DNA of 64,000 bases, taken from contig NC_043026.1 of the NCBI RefSeq assembly GCF_006345805.1, forward strand, positions 1,798,001 to 1,862,000. The letters run 5' to 3'. Position 1 is the first letter of the stretch; each line of letters opens with the position of its first letter. This DNA comes from Octopus sinensis (lineage: Eukaryota). The notes beneath the pieces were generated by a model. It was given only the letters and a program-made list of their open reading frames with translations, was not told the DNA's origin and made no database searches. This document shows positions 51,390 through 63,547 of this stretch, one piece after another. The position numbers were made by a program, and so were the translations under genes.

Positions 51390-53390
51390 CATCATCATCA
51401 TCATCGTCGTTTAACGTCCGTTCTCCATGCTAGCATGGGTTGGACGGTTCGACCGGGGGTTCTGGGAAGCCAGAAGGCTGCACCAGGCTCCAGTCTAAAT
51501 TGGCAATGTTTCTACAGCTGGATGCCCTTCCTAACGCCAACCACTCCGTGAGTGTAGTGGGTGCTTTTACGTGCCACCTGCACAGGTGCCAGGCGGGGCT
51601 GGCAACGACCACGGTCAGATTGGTGTATTTTATGTGCCACCGGCACGGAAGCCAGTCGAGGCGGTGCTGGCATCGGCCACGAGTTGGATAGTGCTTTTTA
51701 CGTACCACCAGACCAGGGATCCTGGCTGGTTCAATTCGATTTCGATTTCGCTTGCCCCAACATGTCTTCACAAGCAAAGGAGGTTGGCATGGGTGCCTGT
51801 CGTACGGTCGCATTGGAGTATTTTACGTGCCACGGCCACGAGTCGGATAGTGCTTTTTACGTACCACCAGGCCAGGGATCCTGGCTGGTTCAATTCGGTT
51901 TCGATTTCGATTTCGCTTGCCCCAACATGTCTTCGCAAGCATGGGGGGTTGGCATGGGTGTCTGTCGTCGGATGAGGTTCTATATCGACTTCGCTTGCTT
52001 CAGCCGGTCTTTGTGTCCAAGGGAGGAAAGGCATTCATAAGTGGGCTGGGCTCACTTGTCCTGCCTGGTCTTCTCACGTACAGAATATTTCCAAAGGTCT
52101 CGGTCTCTGGTCATTTCCTCAGTGAGGCCTAAAGTTCGAAGGTCGTGCTTCACCACCTCGTCCCAGGTTTTCCTGGGTCTACCTCTCCCACGGGTTCCCT
52201 CAACTGCTAGGGACTGGCACTTTCTCACACACCTATCTTCATCCATTCTCGCCACATGACCATACCAGCGCAATCGTCTCTCTTGCACACCACAACTGAT
52301 GCTACTTAGGTACAACATTTCTCTCAAGGTGCTAACGCTCTGTCGAGTATGTACACTGACATTACACATCCATCGGAGCATACTTCATTCCTCACGAGCT
52401 TACGCATGTCCTCAGCAGTCACGGCCCATGTTTCGCTGCCATGTAGCATGGCTGTTCGTACACACGCATCATACAGTCTGCCTTTTACTCTGAGCGAGAG
52501 GCCTTTAGTCACCAGCAGAGGTAAGAGCTCCCTAAACTTTGCCCAGGCTATTCTTATTCTAGCAGTTACACTTTCAGCGCACCCACCCCCACTACTGACT
52601 TGGTCACCTAGATAACGGAAGCTATCAACTACTTCTAGTTTTTCCCCCTGGAAAGTGACGGAAGTTGTTTTCTGCAGATTTTCGGAGGTTAATGCTCCCG
52701 AGCATCTGCCACATACAAAAACTATCTTCCCAGTTAGCCTACCTTTGACATTGCTGCACCTCTTATGTGTCCATAGCTTACACTGGGTACATCTTATAGA
52801 GTTTCTACCTACACCTTTTCTACAGATCGAGCAGGGCCATCTTCCTGAAGATATTTGTGGATTGTCTACCTTTCTACTTATTAGTACTTTGGTTTTAGCT
52901 AGGTTGACTCTAAGGCCCCTTGATTCTAAACCCTCCTTCCACACCTGGAACTTCTCTCCAGTTCTGATAGTGACTCAGCAATAAGAGCAAGGTCGTCAGC
53001 GTAGAGGAGCTCCCAGGGACAGCCTGTCTTGAATTCCTCCGTAATGCCTGGAGAGTACTATGATAAATAGGAGGGGGCTGAGTACTGAACCCTGGTGGAC
53101 CCCAACCTCTACTTTGAATTCTTCTGTGTACATGTTGCCAACCCTAACCTTACTTACGGCATCTCTGTACAGGCTTGCACAGTCCTCACCAGCCATTCAT
53201 CTATCCCTAGTTTCCTCATTGACCACCAGATAAGGGATCGGGGGACCCTATCAAAAGCTTTCTCCATGTCAACGAAAGCCAGGTACAGGGGCTTATCTTT
53301 GGCTAGGTATTTCTCCTGCAGCTGCCTTACCAGGAATATAGCATCAGTGGTACTTTTCCCTGGCACGAACCCAAACTGCATCTCATCTAT
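51390..53390 (-). mobile_element. RTE LINE, 5'-truncated, with 3' UTR and (GAT)n tail
   Basis: [56 protein letters not shown]. Confidence 0.9.
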
Positions 53391-53414
53391 ATATACATAT
53401 ATATATATACATAC

Positions 53415-53447
<33 letters not shown>

Positions 53448-53472
53448 ACACACACACTCACACATACATATA

Positions 53473-53527
<55 letters not shown>

Positions 53528-53528
<1 letters not shown>

Positions 53529-53917
53529 AAGATAAGGGCAAAAGAAAAATTCTAATGCCAAATATGCCGAAAAAAAGACAAAAATTGTCAATAAACCATT
53601 TATATTTATGCGTCTCGAAACAAACCAATAGAAATTTCTAAAAAATCCATTATTACCGTATTGGTCCAATTTCGGTGTTAATTCATAAAAATTTTTCCCC
53701 CTTCAGCGATAAATATGTGGGATATAAGTGAAATACTTTCCCATACCCATGGAAAAAGCAAGCACTAAGTCCAGAGCAGACCTAAGTACCCCAAATATAT
53801 CCAAGATAGAAATTTCTATTGGTTTGTTTCGAAACGCATAAATTATAATGGTTTATTGACAATTTGTCTTTTTTTTGGCATATTTGGCATTAGAATTTTT
53901 CTTTTGCCTTTATCTTG
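53528..53917. repeat. Inverted repeat with ~112-bp arms
   Basis: 53528-53640 vs 53807-53917. Confidence 0.75.
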
Positions 53918-54004
53918 TAAATTATTTACAAATTTAACCTTTAAAGGTATTTTTTGATATGCTGGCGATTGATAAAATTTTTTTCCCCAAAAAAATTTTA
54001 CCCT

Positions 54005-54380
54005 TGGATGATAGGTGTGTGAAAAAGTGCCAATCCCTAGCAGTGGAGGGAACACGTGGAAGAGGTAGACCCAGGAAAACTTGGGACGAGGTGGTTAAGC
54101 ACGACCTTCGAACTTTACTGGCTTCCGTGCCTGTGGCACGTAAAATGCACCAATCCGACCGTGGCCAATGCCAGCCTCGCCTGGCACCAGTGCAGGTGGC
54201 ACGTAAAAAGCACCCACTACACTCTCAGAGTGGTTGGTGTTAGGAAGGGCATCCAGCTGAAGAAACATTGCCAGATAAGACCGGAGCCTGGTGCAGCCTT
54301 CTGGCTTCCCAGACTCCAGTCAAACCATCCAACCCATGCCAGCATGGAGAACGAACGTTAAACAATGATGATGATGATGA
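54005..54380 (+). mobile_element. RTE 3' end fragment in the opposite orientation
   Basis: DDRCVKKCQSLAVEGTRGRGRPRKTW followed by a shortened 3' UTR and (GAT)n. Confidence 0.85.
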
Positions 54381-54409
54381 TGATATACACTCACGCATAC
54401 ATATGTATG

Positions 54410-56580
54410 TATCATCATCATCATCATCATCATAGTTTAACGTCCGCTTTCCATGCTAGCATGGGTTGGACAGTTCAACGACTGGATGCCCTTCCTAACG
54501 CCAACCACTCCATGAGTGTAGTGGGTGCTTTTTACGTGCCACTGGCACAGGGGCCAGACGAATTGGCAAACAGCCACGATTGGATGGTGCTTTTTACCTG
54601 CCACTGGCATGGAGGCCAGGCGAGGCTGGCAACGGCCACAATCTGAGGGTGATTTTTACCTGCCACTGGCACGAGGCCAGTCGGGGCAGCGCTTGCTACG
54701 GCCACGTTCGGATGGTTCTGTTGCGTGCCGCCGCACTGGTACAGTTTCCATTGATGTTGATCGATTTTGATTTTGATTTTCACTTGCCTCAACAGGTCTT
54801 CACAAGTAGAGATTTGTGTCCCAAGAAGGAAAGGTATGCATAAGTGGGCTGGCTACATCCCAGGTAGAGGCCACGAGGTTATGGTCTCACTTGTCATGCT
54901 GGGTCTTCTCACGCACAGCATACTTCCAAAGGTCTCGGTCTCTTGTCATTTCTTTGGTGAGGCTTAAAGTTTGAAGGTCGTGCTTCACCACTACATCCCA
55001 GGTTTTCCTGGTCTACCTCTTCCACAGGTTCCCTCAACAGCTAGGGTGTGGCACTTTTTCACACAGCTATCCTCATCCATTCTCACCACATGACCATGCC
55101 AGCGCAAACATCTCTCTTGCACACCACAACTGATGCTTCTTAGGTCCAACTTTTCTCTCAAGGTACTTACACTCTGTCGAGTATGAACACTGACATTATA
55201 CATCCATCGGAGCATACTGGCTTCATTCCTTGCGAGCTTACACATATCCTCAGCAGTCACAGCCCATGTTTCACTGCCATGTAACATGGCTGTTCGTACA
55301 CAAGCGTCATACAGTCTACCTTTTACTCTGAGCGAGAGACCCTTTGTCACCAGCAGAGGTAAGAGCTCTCTGAACTTTGCCCAAGCTATTCTTATTCTAG
55401 CAGCTACACTTTCAGTGCACCCTCCTCCGCTACTGACTTGGTCACCTAGATAACAGAAGCAATCAACTACTTCTAGTTTTTCTCCCTGGAATGTGGTGGA
55501 AGTTGGTCTCTGCACATTTTCAGTGTTTATTGCTCCTGAGCATCTGCCACATACAAAAACTATCTTCCCAGTTAACCTTCCTTTGACATTGCTGCACCTC
55601 TTATGTGTCCATAGCTTACACTTGGTGCATCTTATAGAGTTTCTACCTACGCCTTTTCTACAGATTGAGCAGGGCCATCTACCTGAAGGCGTTTGTGATT
55701 TGCCTGCCTTCCTACATATTAGGACTTTGGTTTTAGCTAGGTTGACTCTGAGGCCCTTCGATTCTAATCCTTGCTTCCACACCTGAAACTTCTCCAGTTC
55801 TGATAGTGATTCAGCAATTAGAGCAAGATCATCAGCATAGAGGAGCTCTCAGGGGCATCCTGTCTTGAATTCCTCCGTTATTGCCTGGACGACTATGATA
55901 AATAGGAGGGGGCTGAGGACTGAACCTTGGTGGACCCCAACCTCTACCCAGAATTCTTCACTGTACTCGTTGCCAACCCTCACCTTACTAGCCTCTCTGT
56001 ACATGGCTCGCACAGCTCTCACTAACCATTCATCTATCCCTAGTTTCCTCATTGACCACCAGATAAGGGATCGGGGGACTCTGTCAAAGGCTTTCTCCAT
56101 GTCAACGAAAGCCAGGTACAGGGGCTTAACTTTGGCTAGGTATTTCTCCTGCAGCTGTCTTACTAGGAATATAGCATTAGTGGTGCTTTTCCCTGGCATG
56201 AAACCAAACTGCATCTCATCTATACTGACTCTCTTCCTAATCAGTTGGGCTATGACCCTCTCCGTAACCTTCATTACCAACAGCTTGATACCTCTGTAAT
56301 TATTTGTATCTAAAGCGTCACCTTTTCCTTTGTAGCAGTTGACTAGTATGCTGCTACACCAGTCATTGGGTATGACTTCTTTGGGTATCACCTGGTTTAC
56401 AATACGGGTGACTAGGCTATGGCCGACACTGCCAGATATTTTGAGCATCTCAGCAGTAATTCCTGATGGGCCTGGGGCTTTCCCTGTCTTTATGCTTCTA
56501 ATTTCCTTAACTACCTAGGAACTGTCAACATGGATAGCTGGTCCCTCTGTTGGGTCAACATTTGGCAGACTCTCTTTATC
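54410..56580 (-). mobile_element. RTE LINE, second diverged copy
   Basis: ORFs 55849-56448 and 54991-55782 span the RT through the C-terminus; 3' UTR and (GAT)n tail. Confidence 0.9.
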
Positions 56581-56639
56581 CCATGCATTTTCTTTCATAG
56601 TGGCGTCTCCAAACCTCTCTCTTTGCATCCATATATATA

Positions 56640-57203
56640 TGGCTGTGTGATAGGAAGCTTGCTTCCCAACAACATGGTTCTGGGTTCAGTCTCACAGCGT
56701 GACACCTTGAGCAAGTATCTTCTACTGTAGCTTTGGGCCGACCAAAGTCTTGTGAGTGGATTTAGTAGACAGAAACTGAAAGAATCCTGTCATATATACT
56801 CTTTTACTTGTTTCAGTTATTTGACTGCGGCCATGCTGGAGCACCACCTTTAGTCGAGCAAAATGACCCCGGGACTTATTCTTTGTAAGCCCAGTACTTA
56901 TTCTATCGGTCTCTTTTGCCCAACCACTAAGTGACGGGGACGTAAACATACCAGCATCGGTTGTCAAGCAATGCTAGGGGGACAAACACAGACACACAAA
57001 CATATACACGCACATACATATTTATATATATACATATATACGACAGGCTTCTTTCAGTTTCCGTCTACCAAATCCACTCACAAGGCATTGGTCGGCCCGG
57101 GGCTATAGCAGAAGACACTTGCCCAAGATGCCATGCAGTGGGACTGAACCCGGAACCATGTGGTTGGTAAACAAGCTACTTACCACACAGCCACTCCTGT
57201 GCC

Positions 57204-57240
<37 letters not shown>

Positions 57241-57480
57241 ATGTGTGTGTGTGTGCATGTATATATCTGTGTGTTTCTGTCTGTGCTTGTCCTCTCACTA
57301 TCGCTTGACAACTGATGTTCGTGTGCTTACATCCTTTTAACTTAGTGGTTCAGCAAGGGAGACTGGTAGAATAAATACCAGGCTTACAAAGAATAAGTCC
57401 AGGGGTCGATTTCTTCAATTAAAAGGTGGTGCTCCTGCATGGCCACAGTCGAAATGGCTGAAACAAGTAATAGAAAAACA
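56640..57480. mobile_element. Cluster of S1 SINEs (plus head, minus full copy, plus tail)
   Basis: S1 motifs at 56640-56790 (+), 56800-57200 (-), 57270-57480 (+). Confidence 0.75.
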
Positions 57481-57849
57481 CACATATATATATATGTATA
57501 TGTGTGTGTGTGTGTGCGTGTGTATATGTTTGTGTATATATATATATCAAGATAGATTGGTATCTAAGGTATCTATTATATGTATGTGTGTGTAATTATC
57601 TATTCATATCTGTGTATGTATGAGAACATTCCAATACACACAGACACACACACACACACGCACGCCCACATGCACACACACGCACACGGACACACACACA
57701 CACACACACGGACACGCACGCAATGAATTTAGTACCTGCTCTAAACAGAAAGGTGAATAATCGTACACCACCCATCTAATCCACCCTTCCACCCTGACTC
57801 CTTGTTTCGGTTCAAAGTCTGACTGTGACATTTACTTGTAGGGTTTGGC

Positions 57850-58330
57850 TGGAAGTCTTACTGCAGTTCATAGCAGTTGTAGCACAGGTGGTGGTGGTGG
57901 TACTACTTACCTGTGGTGGTGGTGGGGCCTTTCCGTTGTAGTAGTTGCGTTATTAGTGTTGTTGTTGTTAATGGTGGTGGTGGTTGTAGTTGTGGTGTTG
58001 TTGTTGGTGGTGGAGTTGATCGTGGTGGTGGTGATGTGGTGGTGGTGATGTGGTGGTGGTGATGGTGAAGGTAGTGATGATGGTAGTGGTGAAGGTTGTG
58101 GTGGTGAAGGCAATGGTAGTGAAGGTGGTGGTGGTTGCAGTGATGATAATGATAATGATAATGATGATGATGATGATGATGATGATGATGGTAGTGTCAG
58201 CAACAACAATAATGAATATGGTGATAATGATAATTAAAATTCTAAAGATGATGATGATGATGATGATGAGGAAGAAGATGGCAACACTGTTGTTGCTCCC
58301 ACCCATTTCTTTCCTTAATAAGACTTAATG
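57850..58330. repeat. (GGT)n/(GAT)n low-complexity tract
   Basis: Direct inspection. Confidence 0.9.
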
Positions 58331-58739
58331 TGAAAGGCATTCCATGCATGACTCTCATGTCTTAATCACACACTAAGACTATTTTGTTCAATGCATTCTT
58401 CATTTTCCGAGGAAATTTGGTCACTATCTCTATCATGTTTATCTACCATGTACAGTTCTTTATTCACTCATTCATATATATTTAGATCCATCCACATATA
58501 TAAATAAATAGATACACCCAACATTACCATCAACAGGACTGACATCACCACTGGTGACAAATCTATAGCAGCCAAGGATGCCTACAACGATGACAACCAC
58601 AGCAATGATAGCCACTGTGGCATTGCCGGACATGTGCAGTGTAATGATAACAGCACTGACAGCAGCCCCAACAACAACAACAACATCCCCGGGCCAACAG
58701 GAGAGGCACCAGCAGTGTGAACACAACCAATGCCCAAGC

Positions 58740-59070
58740 CTTAGGAATACATCAGATCAGCTGGTATGGCATTCAAGTGACGCTTGTACAACCACAGGTC
58801 CTCCTTCAGGATCCCAGAAAGACAATTCATTACATTCCTGGTCAGCCATGTGTGGCACCGCAAAGATGAAGGGACCCCCGTATGATATCAGGTGGAAGAT
58901 CTTAGAACAACTGAGACCCCACATCAACAGGAGCGTATGCTACAAGCTCTGCATGGCTGGGTGAGCTAAGATATTCAAAGACTCCATGAAACCTGGGTCA
59001 CTGAATACTCACCAAGAAATCTTCACACCATGCACTCATTCCAAGCGCTACCTGACTAAACCTGGAAGAG
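58740..59070 (+). mobile_element. Penelope-like GIY-YIG C-terminal fragment
   Basis: SHVWH, YDIRWKILEQ, CYKLCMA, SLNTHQEIFTPCTH resemble a PLE endonuclease C-terminus. Confidence 0.65.
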
Positions 59071-59639
59071 TCCTTATGATACAATAGCAGCCCAAGGGAT
59101 AGATCCTTTATTCACCTCTCCAGGTCCACAAATAACTGGTTTTGGGGAGATAACACATCCTCACTAACACAGGACTTTTTATTCTATGATGAGCAATGGC
59201 TGTAACAGATCTCAGTCTCCCAGAGGGGGCGAGTTACATTTGTCTTTGGACTAGAAAACACATTAATATCGGTTGTTAAGCAATGGTGTGGAGACAAACA
59301 CAGACATACAGATACATACATGTATATTTGATGGGCTTCTTTCAGTTTCCGTCTACCAAATCCACTGACAAGGCTCTGGTTGGCCTGAGGCTAGAGTACA
59401 AGAACCATGTGGTTGGGAAGGAAGCTTCTTACCACTCAGCCACTCCTATATCATCATCATCATCATCATCATCATCGTTTCACGTCCGTTTTCCATGCTA
59501 GCATGGGTTGGACGGTTCAACCGGGGTCTGGGAAGCCAGGAGGCTGCACCAGGCTCCAGTCTGATCTGGCAGTGTTTCTACAGCTGGATGCCCTTCCTAA
59601 TGCCAACCACTCCGAGAGTGTAGTGGGTGCTTTTTATGT

Positions 59640-60200
59640 GATCAATAGAGACAGCTTTCAAATGTACAGTCTCTCTCAGGCAGCACTTGCTAAACAACAT
59701 CAGCAAAAATAAATACTTTAACTTTGTGCCGAAAAGGAAAGAGAACAATATCCTACATGTGGGCAGTGAGCTTCTCCCAAAGTGCATTTTTCCTTATGAC
59801 CTCTTTTACAACTCCAAAACTGCTGGACTCACATAGCTCAAACAAAACCCAGATGTAAAATGCTCAGCATACCAGAATTCTATGCATGGGTATGTTACCT
59901 GAAGACTTGGAGAAGACAGTAATATCTTTTCGGTGCATGTAGTGGCATTAATGCAGTTTTTGAGAGAGAACATACAGTAATATTGACATGAAGAGAAGCT
60001 TCTCTTGGACTCATGATTGCTACATCACATCACACTTTGAAGGCATTTGCAATCCAAGAACAGGAAAGGGCTACTTGATATGTTATCAACAAAAGAGATA
60101 GCAGAGCCCTTGGAAATGCAAGATGGGACTGGAAATATAGATTATGTTCCGTGGAAGACATTACACAATTGATTGGCAGCTGGTCAAAAGGTCACGGAGA
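59640..60200 (+). mobile_element. R4/Dong-like RLE element fragment
   Basis: SMHGY, ITSHFEG, AIQEQE, YRLC..VEDIT; same family as 6240-6475. Confidence 0.65.
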
Positions 60201-60443
60201 TGCTAACTCCCTGTGCAATTGCATAGTGTTGCAAAAGCAATATGCATTCAAACAAAAAAACTGTCCTGGAATAAAGAGAGAGAATCTTCCTCTTATTGAA
60301 TCTGTACACAAATACCAGCACAAGGAATACTGATGGGACATTCCCACCAAAATATACATACATTGCATGTATGCTTGTATACATACATATATACATGCAT
60401 GCATACTTCCATACTTAAATATATACATACATGCATACGTATA

Positions 60444-60953
60444 CTGTAAATCCTCGAGTATAGTCCACCCTTGAGTATAATATACAGGGGAGTTTTAGGA
60501 GCTGTACCTCTGAAAAACCAAAACCTTGTGTATAATACGCATCCCTTCTCTAACTTGAGTCAAGGAGGTCTATATAACGTCCTTGGTTTGTAAAAGTGTA
60601 TATGGTAACGTCCTTTATTATTATTGTATATATAACATAATGCAAACATGTAGCTTTTTTGTGCATTTTGTTTGCAGAAAATAAAGAAATAACAGTAATA
60701 ACGTTTAATAAATGTTGCTAACTGCAAGTTATGGATGATTCTTTTATGACTTCATTGCTTTCAGGCTTAGCTTAAGGTATTTTCGAGCCCGGCATCACAA
60801 AATGTGTCTGAATAAACATTGCCAGACAGCAAATAGAGACTCGGACATTGCTTAGAAAATAATTTTCATTTTAAACCTTGTATATAGCACGCACTAGGGA
60901 TTTTGACCTTTAAATTTTAGGAAAAAATGCGGATTATACTTGAGGATTTACAG
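60444..60953. mobile_element. Non-autonomous Tc1/mariner-superfamily (Tc2/pogo-like) MITE
   Basis: TA-ctgtaaatcctcgagtatagtcc ... ggattatacttgaggatttacag-TA; 23-bp TIR with 2 mismatches, TA target duplication. Confidence 0.85.
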
Positions 60954-61019
60954 TATACATACATACATACAAGCATACATTCTTGCATACGGACATACAT
61001 ACATATATACATGGTGGCT

Positions 61020-61560
61020 GCCCCCTCGTTATCGAGTATGGCCGTTGCACGAAGCTTAATCAATGTTGTTATCGTGCAATGCCTGTGCAAGAAGATTTTT
61101 TTTTAAAGTGAGGAAAGGCTGTGCACTGAGTCAATCCCACTCACAAAGCAACAGCAGCCATAATCCGAAAAGAAGAACAAGTCAACATCATCGGTAACCA
61201 CTGAGCCGCAGGTTTTATGTCAGAGTTATCCCAGTTACCTGAGTTACCTTCTCCTAGAAGGATGCCCTGACAAAGGCTAGGAGTCCTTCACTCCCAATGG
61301 TTTAACCACGCGATCGGGTATTCAGTCTGATTATTTCTATGTTCCCGCGTATGATACAGCCTTAAGACATTTATTTATTGGATGGCTGTTGACTCTCAAG
61401 AGTTCCTCCTCTCTTTGATGGGTTTTGTTTTTCATCCCGCAGGGTGTCCAATAAACACCCTCCTCACCAAGCAAGCTTGGTGGGGTCGCCGGTTTAGTCA
61501 CCGACGACCCGACCATGCAACAGGTTGTACTGGGTTACATGTTACCAGTAGCACTCGAAA
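61020..61560 (-). repeat. GC-richer structured repeat resembling an RTE 5' UTR
   Basis: Contains ggcatccttctaggagaaggtaactc (recalled RTE 5' UTR motif) and three abutting hairpins at 61441-61510. Confidence 0.4.
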
Positions 61561-61605
61561 GCGACCTGACATATACATATATATATACATACATGCATAC
61601 ATACA

Positions 61606-62190
61606 TACAAACAAAGTGGTACCAAAATTTTCCTGGACTTGACACAGTGAATAAAAAATAACTTATTCAAATATAGTTTTAACCTCATCTCCTTCGAAAT
61701 AGTCTCCTTGCACTGGTCCCAGTGGTCTTACTACTCTTGGAATCTATCTTGGAAGTCGTTTTCGGTAAGTGAGTTGAGGACCTTCTACAATTTGTTCTGG
61801 ATCTCAACAACAATGTTAAACCGTTGACCTTTGAGCTGCCTTTTCTTCTTGGGGAAGAGATGGAAGTCTGCAGGTGCTAAACCTGGTGAATAGGACAGGT
61901 GTGGAAGTGATGCCATGTTGGTTTTAGTAAGAAACTCGCAAGTGAGGAGAGTTCGGTGATGGTGCATTGTCTCTGTGATGAATCGAGTTGTTTGTGCTCC
62001 GCATCTCTGGTTGCTTTCACCAAATTTCCTCCGTCAACTGCTTCAAAACAGCAGAACTCTTGCTCAACGATCTGGTCCTCAGGGACGAATTCTCGATGCA
62101 CAATACCAGTTATGTCGAAAAAACAATGAGCATGATCTTGATTGAGTTGTGGTTCTGTTGTGCCTTCTTTGGTCATGGAGATGAAGGACT
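61606..62190 (-). pseudogene. mariner transposase remnant with one TIR
   Basis: FFDITGIVHREFVP, SYSPGLAPADFHLFP (YSPDL motif), GDYFEG; TIR-like gtggtaccaaaattttcctggact. Confidence 0.85.
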
Positions 62191-62201
62191 GCAGTAGTAG
62201 T

Positions 62202-62239
<38 letters not shown>

Positions 62240-62388
62240 ATAGTAGTAGTTGTAGTTGTAGTAGTAGTAGTAGTAATGTTTGTGCATTAGTAAACAGCCA
62301 AGTCTCTGGTACAAAGGTTGTTGATAATCAAAAATTGAATTAGGTGACCTACAAGCTCCTCTTCTCCACCCTACTATCCCATCATTTC

Positions 62389-62443
<55 letters not shown>

Positions 62444-62550
62444 GTATGTATGTATGTATGTATGTATGTATGTATATATGTGACCTCGTGTGTACCGTTG
62501 GCAATTTTTTTTCCTCTGTCTTCTGTTCTCTGGATCTTTATTTCTCCTAT

Positions 62551-62585
62551 GTTTCTGACGAGGAGCTCCGCTCGAAACGTTAAAC
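62551..62585 (+). ncRNA. Minimal type I hammerhead (family A)
   Basis: GTTT-CTGACGA-G-GAGC-TCC-GCTC-GAAA-CG-TT-AAAC. Confidence 0.8.
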
Positions 62586-62686
62586 CCTCCTTCTTTCCTT
62601 CTTTCCTGAGTGTCCAATAATACTATATTTGTTCCACGTCCTCGCGTTGTTGTGTTTTTTTTGTGCTTTCTTGTTTGGATTAACTT

Positions 62687-62720
<34 letters not shown>

Positions 62721-62724
62721 ATAT

Positions 62725-62764
<40 letters not shown>

Positions 62765-62878
62765 CCTTTTTTATATATATATATATAAATATATAGGGAC
62801 AAAATATACAAAAGACAAAGATAGGTGGTGTAGACAACAAACAGATGTATTAGTTTAATGCTTGGGAAGTGAAAAAGT

Positions 62879-62914
62879 CTTTAATGTTTCGAGTCTATGC
62901 TCTTCCACAGAAAG
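62879..62914 (-). ncRNA. Decayed family A-like hammerhead
   Basis: CTTT-CTGTGGA-A-GAGC-ATAG-ACTC-GAAA-CA-TT-AAAG; A6 mutated. Confidence 0.5.
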
Positions 62915-62984
62915 AAAAAGGGAAAGAAAATAAAGAATGTGTTGTGGCTAGGGATCTACCATGGCAAATAAATATATATATACT

Positions 62985-63206
62985 CTTTTCTCTTTTACTT
63001 GTTTCAGTCATCTGACTGTGGCCATGCTGGAGCACCGCCTTTAGTCGAGCAAACCAACCCCAGGACTTATTCTTTGTAAGCTTAGTACTTATTCGATCGG
63101 TCTCTTTTGCCGAACTGCTAAGTTATGGTGACATAAACACACCAGCTTTGGGTGTCAAGCAAATGTTGCAGGGACAAACACAGACACACAAACATATATA
63201 CACACA

Positions 63207-63244
<38 letters not shown>

Positions 63245-63410
63245 TATATACGACGGGCTTTTTTTTAGTTTCCATCTACCAAATCCACTCACAAGGCTTT
63301 GGTCGACCTGAGGCTATAGTAGAAGACACTTGCCCAAGGTGCCATGCAGTGGGACTGAACCTGGAACCATGTGGCTGGTAAACAAGCTACTTACCACACA
63401 GCCACTCCTA
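62985..63410 (-). mobile_element. SINE family S1, full length
   Basis: Head, (CA)n and tail cagtcagatgactgaaac in reverse complement. Confidence 0.85.
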
Positions 63411-63459
63411 TGCCTATATATATATATATATATATAAGCAAAAAGTATATCCGAGGTAA

Positions 63460-63547
63460 TGTGGTACGATGGTTTCATGCTACTTCATTTTATTAAACAC
63501 TTTAAGTATTACATCAGTTTTAAAATGTTGTGCAATCTTCAGCCACA
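63460..63547 (-). ncRNA. Type I hammerhead (family B)
   Basis: TGTGG-CTGAAGA-TTGC...GCAT-GAAA-CCATCG-TA-CCACA; 5-bp stem I. Confidence 0.7.

Noticed and set aside
59180-59250. Hammerhead relic downstream of the PLE fragment
   Set aside because: Too many core mismatches (ATGATGA, GAGT).
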